A stretch of DNA of 64,000 nt from Trypanosoma brucei (Eukaryota): assembly GCA_000002445.1 (NCBI GenBank), contig CM000208.1, forward strand, positions 2,720,001-2,784,000. Direction: 5' to 3'. Every line of letters begins with the position of its first letter. Position 1 is the stretch's first letter. The notes under the pieces were generated by a model. The model saw nothing but the letters and a program-made list of their open reading frames with translations, was not told the origin of the DNA and did no database searches. This document shows, piece by piece, positions 55,445-64,000 of this stretch. The position numbers and the translations under genes are program-made.

Positions 55445-55490
<46 letters not shown>

Positions 55491-55512
55491 TATTAATATT
55501 AATATATATATT
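55402..55512. repeat. long (TA)n/(TATTAA)n tract immediately upstream of the prenyltransferase-alpha gene
   Basis: (ta)n at 55402-55420 and 55452-55487, then tattaatattaatattaatatatata. Confidence 0.95.
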
Positions 55513-55541
55513 TATTTAATTAAATCCCTGTTTGGTGAGGG

Positions 55542-57017
55542 ATGCATGACCAACGAAAGGTACGACCACACAACATCGGGGAGAAGGCGCGGGAGCAACA
55601 ACTGGAAAAAATACGGCAATTTACAACCTTGTATGACTCATTACTTGAGCGGCGAAGCAGGCGTGTATATGAGGAATCGATTCTTCCACAACTAGCGGAG
55701 TTGTTGACTAAAAATGCAGAAGCATACACGATGTTTAATTATAGGCGTGAAGTATTATTGGATTTGTGGAGGAAGATGCCTGAAGCTGCTGCTTGTGAGA
55801 CCGTTGCACCACCTGAAGCGGTAAAAGGCGAGGAGAAGCGGCAACAATCGGTAGTAAAAACACAACTGGATTGGTTAAGCGAGGAACTGAAACTCAGTTC
55901 GAGTATAATTCAGAGCGATTACAAAGTGTATGCGGCATTTGTGCACAGACGCTGGGTATTTATGCAACTGCGCCGCCTCGCAGAATCCGCACTGGGAAAC
56001 GTCGGGAAGCGTTCAAAACCTGCCGCCCCTGCGGGATGTCAGTTGGGGGAATGTGCGGCTGCGGGTGAATTCGATCTTCCGGAGGAGGTTCTTTTTTGGG
56101 CGAAAGCGCTGCTTAAGGAAAAACGGCAAGGTGACGCGTTACTCGCAATGGATGAGCGGAATTTTCATGCATGGGAGTTCCGGCGGTGGGTAATGTATCA
56201 ATTGGGACAAATGGAAGATCTGTTCGTACAGAGTTCCATTCAATTCGGACCTGCAGTTGTGGGGATTAAAGAAAGGGAGTTCGCATCTTACATGAATGGC
56301 AGTGCCAAGTCTGATCGACCGCGTGATTTGTTCTTTACCCCAACAGAAGTAAAAGAATTGAACTTTACGTCGGCAGCTGTTCGGCGAAACTTTTCCAATT
56401 ACAGCGCCTGGCACCAGCGAGGATTTATTATGCAGGGTGCACTTCGGCGTTTGCAACAGCGTCAGTGGCGGGAAGAGGAGGCAGACAACAATCTCCGTGA
56501 CGGGATGCTTTCGCAGGCTTGGGGGCAATTGGAGGAGGATTTGACACTTCTCACTACCGCCATTTATTGTGACCCATTGGATCAATCAGCGTGGTATTAC
56601 GCGAAATTTCTCATACACGCCTCTAAGCAGTTGACAGCGTTGCCTTTTGCTTCAACAGCAGTTCCTATTGATATCACAGCGAAACTGGATGAGGTTTGTC
56701 TGGATCTTGTAGGGGAGGAGCGGCGTTTAGGGGAGGATATGGAAACGTATTGGCCTTATTTACATCTTGCCACGTCTCTACTCACAAGTATCAAAAAAAG
56801 CAACGACGGTAACAGCAGTGATGTGATTAGCGATCGGCAGTCGGCGTTAAAACTGGCACGTGAAGTATGGGCTGCCCTACAACCACAAGGAAGGCACGTT
56901 AATGGTGATGATGATTGCATTAAATGCTTGCAAGAATTATGTGCTCACTTAACTACGGCTGACCCTTTACGTGCGGGCATGTACAAATACTTCCTTTCTG
57001 AGGTTACCACAGCGTAA
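55542..57017 (+). CDS. protein prenyltransferase alpha-subunit repeat protein (FTase/GGTase alpha or RabGGTase alpha-like)
   Basis: Repeated PFTA-type motifs NYRREVLLDLWRK, NFHAWEFRRWVMYQL, NYSAWHQRGFIMQ, DQSAWYYAKFLI (consensus N.s.W..R....). Clean ATG start after a long (TA)n/AT-rich tract. Confidence 0.8.
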   Translation: MHDQRKVRPHNIGEKAREQQLEKIRQFTTLYDSLLERRSRRVYEESILPQLAELLTKNAEAYTMFNYRREVLLDLWRKMPEAAACETVAPPEAVKGEEKRQQSVVKTQLDWLSEELKLSSSIIQSDYKVYAAFVHRRWVFMQLRRLAESALGNVGKRSKPAAPAGCQLGECAAAGEFDLPEEVLFWAKALLKEKRQGDALLAMDERNFHAWEFRRWVMYQLGQMEDLFVQSSIQFGPAVVGIKEREFASYMNGSAKSDRPRDLFFTPTEVKELNFTSAAVRRNFSNYSAWHQRGFIMQGALRRLQQRQWREEEADNNLRDGMLSQAWGQLEEDLTLLTTAIYCDPLDQSAWYYAKFLIHASKQLTALPFASTAVPIDITAKLDEVCLDLVGEERRLGEDMETYWPYLHLATSLLTSIKKSNDGNSSDVISDRQSALKLAREVWAALQPQGRHVNGDDDCIKCLQELCAHLTTADPLRAGMYKYFLSEVTTA

Positions 57018-58046
57018 GGGATGTGATGCAACTTCAACTTGCATTCGGCTCCTTACTTCTTGTCACGCATTCCGTAAGGTTTAGCGAACCAGGAATAGGG
57101 CTGGTATAAGAGTAAAGTGAAATTGTTTTTTTTTTTCCTTGTTTGCATAGTGTTATCAAATCATATCATGAAAAGAAACAAAAGGAAAGCAAAGAAAAAG
57201 GATGAAGTATTTGTATGTGACTGTGCACGTGTAGATATATGGAAAGTCTTCAGAGATGTTGGGTGAAGCGATTTAAAATATGTTTCTCTTCATACGAGTT
57301 CACAGTTCTGCGCGTTTAAAAACATACATTCAATCCTTTTTTTCTTTGCCACTACATCTGCTTATCGCTACTCGCTTTACTGTAGCTTTAATTATTCCTT
57401 TCCTTTGGTTTTTCTTATCTCTTTCCCCCCCGCTCTGATGTTGTACATTATCTTTCATGCACTTGCTCCATTGATCTCTTTTTGCTTTTTTTTTTGTTTC
57501 CTTACTATTTGTTTTTGTTTATTTACTTTTTAGAAGAGCAAAAAGAAAAAAAAGAAAGAAGGAAGATATATTCTTACTTCGCATTGATTCGTTCCTGTGA
57601 CTCACCTTGGACATAGAGGTACCTGGTGAAAACATAGGACTAGAAAGTTTTAACCTGTTTTTCAATTTATATATAGAAGGTAGCGAGGAAATAAAAGGAG
57701 AGAAAGAAAGAAGGGAAACCGCAGCTGGTTGGTTGAAGGCAGCGCTACATTGTTACTTAAAGGGGATATCTGCGGAAGTTTTTTGTTCATTTTCTTTTAG
57801 TGCACAGAGGGAAAGTAGAAGGAGACACAAACATATTTACGTGGTCCAGAGCTGTGCCTAGCCGTAATAATATTTGTGTCCGGTAGTAATATATTTGTTG
57901 CTCCTGGAAGGCGAAGGCTGAGGAGACGAAAATAGCGAGGAAACATATTGGAAAGTAAAAGGGTTAGAAGGCCCAACACAGCGGACGAGGTTTAGTTTTT
58001 GCTGTTGTTGTTGTTTTCTTGTCTTCTTATTTTCTTTACCGCATAC

Positions 58047-58048
58047 AC

Positions 58049-58091
<43 letters not shown>
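58047..58091. repeat. (TA)n(AC)16 microsatellite
   Basis: atatatatatacacacacacacacacacacacacacacacacac. Confidence 0.95.
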
Positions 58092-58092
<1 letters not shown>

Positions 58093-58355
58093 TGCGTCGA
58101 ACCGACAGATTCATAGAGGGGTTGTTTGAATTTGTTTATTGGTTGTTTTCTTTAAGGAAAGAAAGCAAAAAGTATACATCCAACCGGAGAGTTGCGGCTT
58201 CGATTGCTCCGCTCGTGTGTGGAGGGCTCGTTTGAGAGAATCACACGTTAACGGTTGTGGGGAGGAGGGGAAAGCAAAAGACAAAAATAAAATAAAAATT
58301 AAATCAGTTCGGAGTAGAAGGCCGAGCAAGTAGAAACCCCAACTCCAGTTATTTT

Positions 58356-58358
<3 letters not shown>

Positions 58359-58401
<43 letters not shown>
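58359..58401. repeat. (TA)21 microsatellite
   Basis: tatatatatatatatatatatatatatatatatatatatata. Confidence 0.95.
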
Positions 58402-58406
<5 letters not shown>

Positions 58407-58579
58407 TGCCCTATCTGAAGAGGAGATATCTCTGAGAGAAGGGGCAGCTCAAAGGCCGGATTAAGGGGAGAAACCAGCGGGTCATACAAACGGACGCTCA
58501 TTTCATACACAAAGAAAGGGAGAGGGAGGGGAGAAACGTACTGTAGCTTTTAGGAGAAAGAAAAACACGAAAGAAAGTT

Positions 58580-59065
58580 ATGGGTTGTGGAGACTCGAAA
58601 GTAAGACAAGGAGGTCCCTCAAGACCTCCGCCGCCTCGAGGAGGGCCGAATTCGGCTTCTACGAAAGTTGAAGGACGAGCAAATGGTCCAAATGAAGAGA
58701 CGTCACGCGTAGAAAGTAAGGGCAGCGCACCTCCTGAACCTGAGGTGAATTCCACACCAGTCCCAACAAAACCTTTAGGAAACGGAGTTGATAACAGTGG
58801 TGCGGAGAAGACAAACGCCCCACCAACCGGCTCAGCTCCACCCGCGCAAAATTGCTCACAGCAAATAGAATTGGATGATGAGGGTAATGCATTAGTGCTG
58901 CCGAAGGGCGAATGGGTGCGTACGGAGGGAACCCCGTTTTACTATTCGGATGCGGAGAATTTGTATTTCCATCCTCCAAGTTGCCAATTCTATGATCCAA
59001 CAAATGAGATGTGGTACGATCCTGAGCAAGACGAATGGTATCGCGACGATGACCCCGCTGAGTAG
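58580..59065 (+). CDS. small protein (161 aa) with an N-terminal dual-acylation motif (MGCGDSK) and a C-terminal OCRE-like aromatic repeat
   Basis: MGCxxS/K N-terminus (Gly2 for myristoylation, Cys3 for palmitoylation). Pro/Gly-rich linker. C-terminal TPFYYSDAENLYFHPPSCQFYDPTNEMWYDPEQDEWY resembles OCRE-type Tyr/Trp repeats (YYYD..SGYYYD..TGLYYD). Purine-rich tract immediately upstream. Confidence 0.6.
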   Translation: MGCGDSKVRQGGPSRPPPPRGGPNSASTKVEGRANGPNEETSRVESKGSAPPEPEVNSTPVPTKPLGNGVDNSGAEKTNAPPTGSAPPAQNCSQQIELDDEGNALVLPKGEWVRTEGTPFYYSDAENLYFHPPSCQFYDPTNEMWYDPEQDEWYRDDDPAE

Positions 59066-60364
59066 AGCAGGTGGAGTGCTCCAGTGGTGTCTGCTGTAGA
59101 TGGGAATTGTTTTATTTTGTGTGGATGTTGGTTGTTCAGTGTGATGCTGGGATGCATTTACGTACATTAATATACATGTACGCGTCTGTTTGTGTAATTG
59201 TTCGAATCTGCTATTATTGTGTCCAACGCATCTCGAATGCATGATGGAGGAAGTAACTTCGTGTAGTGAATCAGGTGGGTGCAGCTGGCGCAATGTGCAC
59301 AAGAAAGGTTTGCAATATTCTCCTCCATGTCATTTGTGGTTCGTGCAAAGTTTGTGGACACTCACATAGCATACGCATCGTTGCATGAGCGAGCGAAGGG
59401 TGTCGCAGTGCAGGTCAAAATCTTTTTTGTTTGTTATTGTTGTTATTATTATTATTACTGCCACTGTTTTACACACTCTCAATCTCTCTGTACGTGTAAT
59501 GGCCAACTGAGCAAATGACTCGAAGTGCCCCCATTAAATATTCAATGATTGTTTTTCGTTTGTATCACAGGGGAAACCCGGCTTCCATTTCAGCTGGGTC
59601 CTAATTCCTTTTATTTTCTTTGACGGTTTTTGGAGGAGTCACATCTACCTGTACGCAAAAAAGAAGAATATAGTTGTGTCGATATTGTGAACATCTTCAC
59701 TCCGGTTGTTTTTGTTTTTGAGGGGGGGGGGTGATTTTTTTCCCCATTCAAGTGTGTTTTTTGTTTTTTGTTTGTTAGACATGCTTTTATACTTAGGCTT
59801 TTTTTCTTTCCTTAAACCCTTTTCTCAACGGGAGAGGGGAAAATAAAAGGGAAGGAAAGGAGAGTAACATGCTACCACCAGCCATTATATTGGGAGATTA
59901 TATGTGTGGAAAGGCTAGTTGGTCATAGAGAGCGGCAACGTTTTTAAAAGGGGGTTGATGCGTTATTATAATTATTGCGAAGGTAAACATCAGACACGAG
60001 ATGGAGTGAACGAAGAACGTTATGTGCATGTGCATGTATATATGCTTTGCTGTGTGTGTTTTTTTTTGTGGAAGGAGTGTGTGTGTGTGCACGCGCGAGC
60101 AGATGCAATGTTCTGAATTCCTTTTATTTGGTTGTTTACTTTATCGTCTCCCTTTCCTCCTTAGGCTTCATACCGCCACATTTCCTATTCTTTCGTCGTC
60201 TTCTCTCTTTTCTCCCTTGGTTCCAATGTAAGCTCGTGGCTTCCGTAGGGGTTGCCTCTTGTTTGTTTGTTTGTTTATTTGTTTAGCTTACTTTTCGTTT
60301 GTTGTGTTGCTGAGGGAACATATTCATTTAGTCACAACCCCGCTTTGCGGTTGGCGAGTGGTAA

Positions 60365-61726
60365 ATGCTGCCGGCTCCGGTAAATTACCCCTTGGAATCG
60401 GTTTCCGCACGTAACACAGCACTTGGAGGGCGGAAGCGTGGTGTGGACTCGCAGTCACTTCTGGAGCGACCATCTGCTCGTGACGCCACTGCTGAGGCAT
60501 TACGTGAGAGGGATGCTGAAGGAATGGCGGGAGATCCGTCTGGCACCGCAACTCTCTCATTGGTGGAGGACTACCCCGAACCTCTAACAGTTGAGCAACG
60601 CAATATGATACGGCAACACGTCGAGTGGTGTGTGCGGCGTTACCAAAGGGTGCGTAAAGGTGCACGTATTATTGACCGCGGTTTCAACAGTTTGCAGTCT
60701 CTGCTCACACGTCTCGAGAGGGATCGGTTGCAAATTCAAGCAAGCTTGGAAGAACTCACTTCGAGAGTAGGCGAATGCTCAACTAATGGTAGTACAGGAG
60801 TCGACAAGAAGGTGGTGCCTCCTTCCGCGGCTGAGGCCACTGCGGATGGGGCGCAACAAACCGCAACTAGTGGAGAACCACCACGTGGTAAACGGCAAAG
60901 AGGGGGTTTGCTGCGTTCAGCCACCTTTGCAAACCTTCATAGTGTTCTTACTGCTGCGAAGCGGGAGCAGAATCAGGAGCAGCGGGTAAGTGTTGCGATG
61001 GAGCGTGAACGGATTGGTAAGATGACGCAGTTGAAGATAGTTGAGGAGGATATCGCCCAGCAGAAACAACACCTTTCCGCTATTGAAGAAAAATACAAGA
61101 TGAGCAACGGACTCTTGACAACCACAAGGAGTGAGGTGCTTGAGGCTTTACGACTTTACGACGATTTGCAGCAGATGGAAGTAATGTACCCCTCGCGTTT
61201 CTTTTTGCGTGCTTCTGGTGTGCAGGGAGTGGATGCAAACGAGGCTGAGGTCCCCAGCGAATGTTATGACGTATTTTTCACGCCCGCAAAGTATACTGAG
61301 GAGGTGCAAGACATGATACGTGAGCAGATTGAAGAGAAGCTTGATGAGTATATTGCCTTCCGGCGGCGTGTGGACCCTCTTCTGGATTCATTAGCGGAGC
61401 GGCGCCGACAGCGTCAATCGGCCCGTGCTGGCCAGCTGCTTCGACTTATTGGTGTTGATCCAGACAGCATGAAGGTGGACGCAAGCGGCAGCGCCACCTT
61501 CGGAGGAGTTGGGATGCCAGCGGCAGGAGGTGCCCACGGGGAGGCAGCTGCGGCTGAGGGAGCAACAACAGTGGTCGATGATAACAGTGATGTGGACAAC
61601 AACGAGGAAAATTATGATGAGCTCGACGATGGCGAGGGCGCTTCCGTGGAGGCGGAGGAGAAGAGGCAACGTGACCAAATTCAATCAGCTCTAGCTGCAT
61701 TGGATGACTTTGATGAGTTGTACTAG
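60365..61726 (+). CDS. hypothetical coiled-coil protein (453 aa) with an acidic C-terminal tail
   Basis: Heptad-rich helical central region (LQSLLTRLERDRLQIQASLEELTSRV..., QLKIVEEDIAQQKQHLSAIEEKYKMS...). Asp/Glu-rich C-terminus (NNEENYDELDDGEGASVEAEEKRQRDQIQSALAALDDFDELY). Confidence 0.6.
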   Translation: MLPAPVNYPLESVSARNTALGGRKRGVDSQSLLERPSARDATAEALRERDAEGMAGDPSGTATLSLVEDYPEPLTVEQRNMIRQHVEWCVRRYQRVRKGARIIDRGFNSLQSLLTRLERDRLQIQASLEELTSRVGECSTNGSTGVDKKVVPPSAAEATADGAQQTATSGEPPRGKRQRGGLLRSATFANLHSVLTAAKREQNQEQRVSVAMERERIGKMTQLKIVEEDIAQQKQHLSAIEEKYKMSNGLLTTTRSEVLEALRLYDDLQQMEVMYPSRFFLRASGVQGVDANEAEVPSECYDVFFTPAKYTEEVQDMIREQIEEKLDEYIAFRRRVDPLLDSLAERRRQRQSARAGQLLRLIGVDPDSMKVDASGSATFGGVGMPAAGGAHGEAAAAEGATTVVDDNSDVDNNEENYDELDDGEGASVEAEEKRQRDQIQSALAALDDFDELY

Positions 61727-61987
61727 GGCACCCTGTCACAAACAGAAATAAGTGCAAACTCATAAAGGAAAGTAAATAGTGCTGCTTTCCTCCCTCTTTG
61801 TCTCATTGAACACTTGTGCCCGATTACTGCTTGTTTTTTTTTCCGTTATTCTCCCCCTTTCGCATATAACATCAGCTTTAGTGAGGGGGATGCCTCTCCT
61901 CTTATTGCCCTCCTTCGCTGACATTACGGTTTGTTAAGCACTTTTGCTTGTTTGTTTTGAACTCCATTAAGTGTATAGTCGGATGCC

Positions 61988-63070
61988 ATGCTGCCTCGTT
62001 ACACCCCGTACGAAAGCAACCCACCGCGTCGTCCCAACATAATCACTGTGGCCACACCAGGTATAACAACATCGCGAACGCACATCTCTCGTTACACTGG
62101 TCCGGACGGCGTTGATGTACTTGAAAATGCATGTAGCTGGCGCCCTACTGAGACTGTTGCAGGTAACGGTGATGCGGCGGCGGAATCCAGTTCTCTTTTG
62201 GGGGACGCCGACAGGTTTGTGCTGACGGCAGATGAGGATCCACCTCTTTTGACCCATGCAACGTGCTCTGTGTCGCCTCGTCTGCTTCACAATGTTATAG
62301 CGTCGCCAGAGATGGATGAGTTTGTTTACAACAGGTGTAGCCTCAATCCTATTCACTGGGTCCTGATGTTAAAGGGGTGCTTGGTCGATCTTTTCTTTTC
62401 CGTGCGACCCATTAACTTTTCCTACTCGCGTGTGGGCATGACAAACCTGGCTGGGGAACGGGATCAAGCGGCCTGCTTGCGTGAGATTCGGCGGGCGGTC
62501 CGCATCATTGAGGGGCGTAAAAGAACTGTAGCAACTGGGACTAACAAGGACAGTTTCCAAGATATGGACTCCCGGTGCCATACGCCGGAACGGCCTCTTC
62601 GCTTGCATCTTGTTTTATTCGGTTTCAGTCGCGGTGCAACGACCACGTTCTACACGGCAATGAAACTACCCCCCGAGTTGGCCACTTATGTTTCTCTTGT
62701 TGTTGTTGAGGCGGCATTCGACACACTACATAATGTGATCGAATCTTCATGTTGGTTTCCATCTTTTGTACTTTGGTTCTTTCGCACATTCTGCGATTAC
62801 AGTGGTGAAGATGCTTACAAGTACGACCGCAACCAGATTCATTTGCGGTGCCCGATAGCATTTGTAATGTCAGTGAAGGATACGCGCGTACCCAACGAAC
62901 TTACGCAACGTTTGATTGATAATGTAAAGGCGGATTGCCCCCAGATCCCCGCTGTAGAAGTGCTTCAGCTCAAACATAGCCGCCACCCACTAATGGCAGT
63001 GGGTAATCGGGAGGACCAGGATGCCTACGTTGCCTTCATGGAGGGACTCTACGACAGATACTGTAATTAA
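61988..63070 (+). CDS. alpha/beta-hydrolase-fold protein (putative serine hydrolase)
   Basis: G-x-S-x-G nucleophile-elbow motif in HLVLFGFSRGATTTFYTA. Later His-containing block LQLKHSRHPLMAVGNRED. Its size (360 aa) is consistent with the fold. Confidence 0.55.
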   Translation: MLPRYTPYESNPPRRPNIITVATPGITTSRTHISRYTGPDGVDVLENACSWRPTETVAGNGDAAAESSSLLGDADRFVLTADEDPPLLTHATCSVSPRLLHNVIASPEMDEFVYNRCSLNPIHWVLMLKGCLVDLFFSVRPINFSYSRVGMTNLAGERDQAACLREIRRAVRIIEGRKRTVATGTNKDSFQDMDSRCHTPERPLRLHLVLFGFSRGATTTFYTAMKLPPELATYVSLVVVEAAFDTLHNVIESSCWFPSFVLWFFRTFCDYSGEDAYKYDRNQIHLRCPIAFVMSVKDTRVPNELTQRLIDNVKADCPQIPAVEVLQLKHSRHPLMAVGNREDQDAYVAFMEGLYDRYCN

Positions 63071-63539
63071 GGCGAAAGAGCCTTAGGTAGAGGGAAATAA
63101 TGAAAAGGATTGTGCCACTTACTGCACGTCCTGTATTTTCGGTTTTGACGATGGCTCCGCGAGGTTACTTGTCGCGCTCTATGACGTGCCCGGTGCTGAT
63201 ATTTTTGGCACTCCGCGAGTGTTGGTGTTAATTGGTCTATTTTTCCGCATGTGTGCATGTGTCACTGATCTTTGTGTATCGCAGATGCTATCCCTTTTAC
63301 CCTTCCCCCCGATATCTTCTGTGTCTTGCAACCTCTGTGCGTGCTAATGTGACCACGGGGGTTTCTTTTCCGCATTCAGAGTTGTACCTAGAAAGAAAGA
63401 GGGGAACGTTAGCAAACGGTGCACCGGGTGTGAGGCTGTTGGCCTCTCCAAAAGCCAGCTTTAGCCCAGGATTGTCGCTTTCCATAATCGGCCGCTCTCC
63501 CACCGTGGTCTAGGATTTCTTCTCACAACCTGCATTTAG

Positions 63540-64000
63540 ATGAAGGGGCAGTCTTCACAGTGTAGGGTCCCACTGCTCGGCGCAGGTTCGTCTGATGACT
63601 GCGACGGCGATAATAATGCCAACCAACCTGTGGCTGCAGTCAGGCGATGTACGAATCGTTTCTCAACAAACATGCCGCTGCTTGAAGAACGACACGACCT
63701 TTCGCTGCGGCAGAAGCTGCAAGCAACGATCCCTACAAGACACCCACGCTTCTATAGTTCGGAAGAAAGGCGTAAAATGGAGCGGTATGAGTCCGTTGAC
63801 ACGTTCGAGCCGGCAACAACAGTATACAAGGACCATCTTGCAGGTCGCAGTCAGGAACCGCGTTGGTTCATATGGGTGTTCGTTGTTGTAATTGGTATTG
63901 CTGTTAGTTTTACAGCCATAGTAGTTGTGGCGTTGTTACACGTGTTTGCAAGCGTGCGTTACGAGCTTCTAGGTTATGGGCTTAATAATTTCTCATTTTA
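63540..64000 (+). CDS. CLC-family chloride channel/transporter, 5' fragment running off the window end (an alternative ATG lies at 63672)
   Basis: The frame opens at an ATG at 63540, directly after a TAG stop, and has no stop through nt 63998. The translation ...MPLLEERHDLSLRQKLQATIPTRHPRFYSSEERRKMERYESVDTFEPATTVYKDHLAGRSQEPRWFIWVFVVVIGIAVSFTAIVVVALLHVFASVRYELLGYG matches the CLC N-terminal region (ERYESLDYD... then RW.I.ALIG.LTGLVA.FID..VE.L...KY). The track ORF 63595..63891 is in a different frame and has no homology. Confidence 0.55.
   Translation, partial: MKGQSSQCRVPLLGAGSSDDCDGDNNANQPVAAVRRCTNRFSTNMPLLEERHDLSLRQKLQATIPTRHPRFYSSEERRKMERYESVDTFEPATTVYKDHLAGRSQEPRWFIWVFVVVIGIAVSFTAIVVVALLHVFASVRYELLGYGLNNFSF

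Noticed and set aside
50780-55541. Centromere, retroelement (ingi/SLACS/RHS-like) or strand-switch region explanation for the long AT-rich gap
   Set aside because: There is no tandem ~100-200 bp repeat unit, no reverse-transcriptase, endonuclease or RHS-like ORF on either strand, and flanking genes are on the same strand, so there is no strand switch. It is treated as intergenic/UTR of unknown content.
63595-63891. Track ORF 63595..63891 (98 aa)
   Set aside because: It overlaps, in a different frame, the open frame starting at 63540/63672 whose translation has clear CLC-channel N-terminal similarity and continues to the window end. The homology-supported frame was preferred.

Overview
The window reads as a chromosome-internal, single-direction polycistronic gene array of a kinetoplastid, most likely a Trypanosoma species. 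Every credible coding region is intronless and on the + strand. Genes are separated by 0.4-4.8 kb gaps rich in polypyrimidine tracts (trans-splice acceptor context), homopolymer runs and microsatellites such as (TG)n, (TA)n, (CA)n, (CAA)n and (ATT)n. No rRNA, tRNA, CRISPR array, transposon ORF or strand-switch region was seen. About 23 protein-coding genes can be supported. The window opens inside a PHO80-like cyclin gene and closes inside a CLC-type chloride-channel gene. Confidently assigned products are 40S ribosomal protein S3, a bacterial PncB-type nicotinate phosphoribosyltransferase, a P-type Ca2+-ATPase, an NIF/FCP1-type phosphatase, a Skp1-like protein and a protein prenyltransferase alpha subunit. 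More tentative calls are a PSP1 C-terminal-domain protein, a Sulfotransfer_4-family protein, a twin-CX3C small-Tim-like protein, a giant WD40/EF-hand protein and an Arg/Ser-repeat (RS-domain) protein. Several large ORFs have no recognisable domains. The supplied ORF track clearly accepts TTG and GTG as starts (positions 94, 4492, 9270, 16426, 22016, 40427 and 44172 are not ATG), so several CDS starts below were moved to the first in-frame ATG that follows a polypyrimidine tract. Items worth following up are the bacterial-type NAPRTase (a possible horizontal gene transfer), the RS-domain protein with an internal DNA duplication and no canonical RRM, an unexplained 4.8 kb AT-rich ORF-free block, a candidate unannotated small ORF upstream of RPS3, and a dual-acylation-motif protein with an OCRE-like aromatic repeat. 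I see no evidence of a discrete novel multi-gene system such as a defence island, which would not be expected in this genome type.
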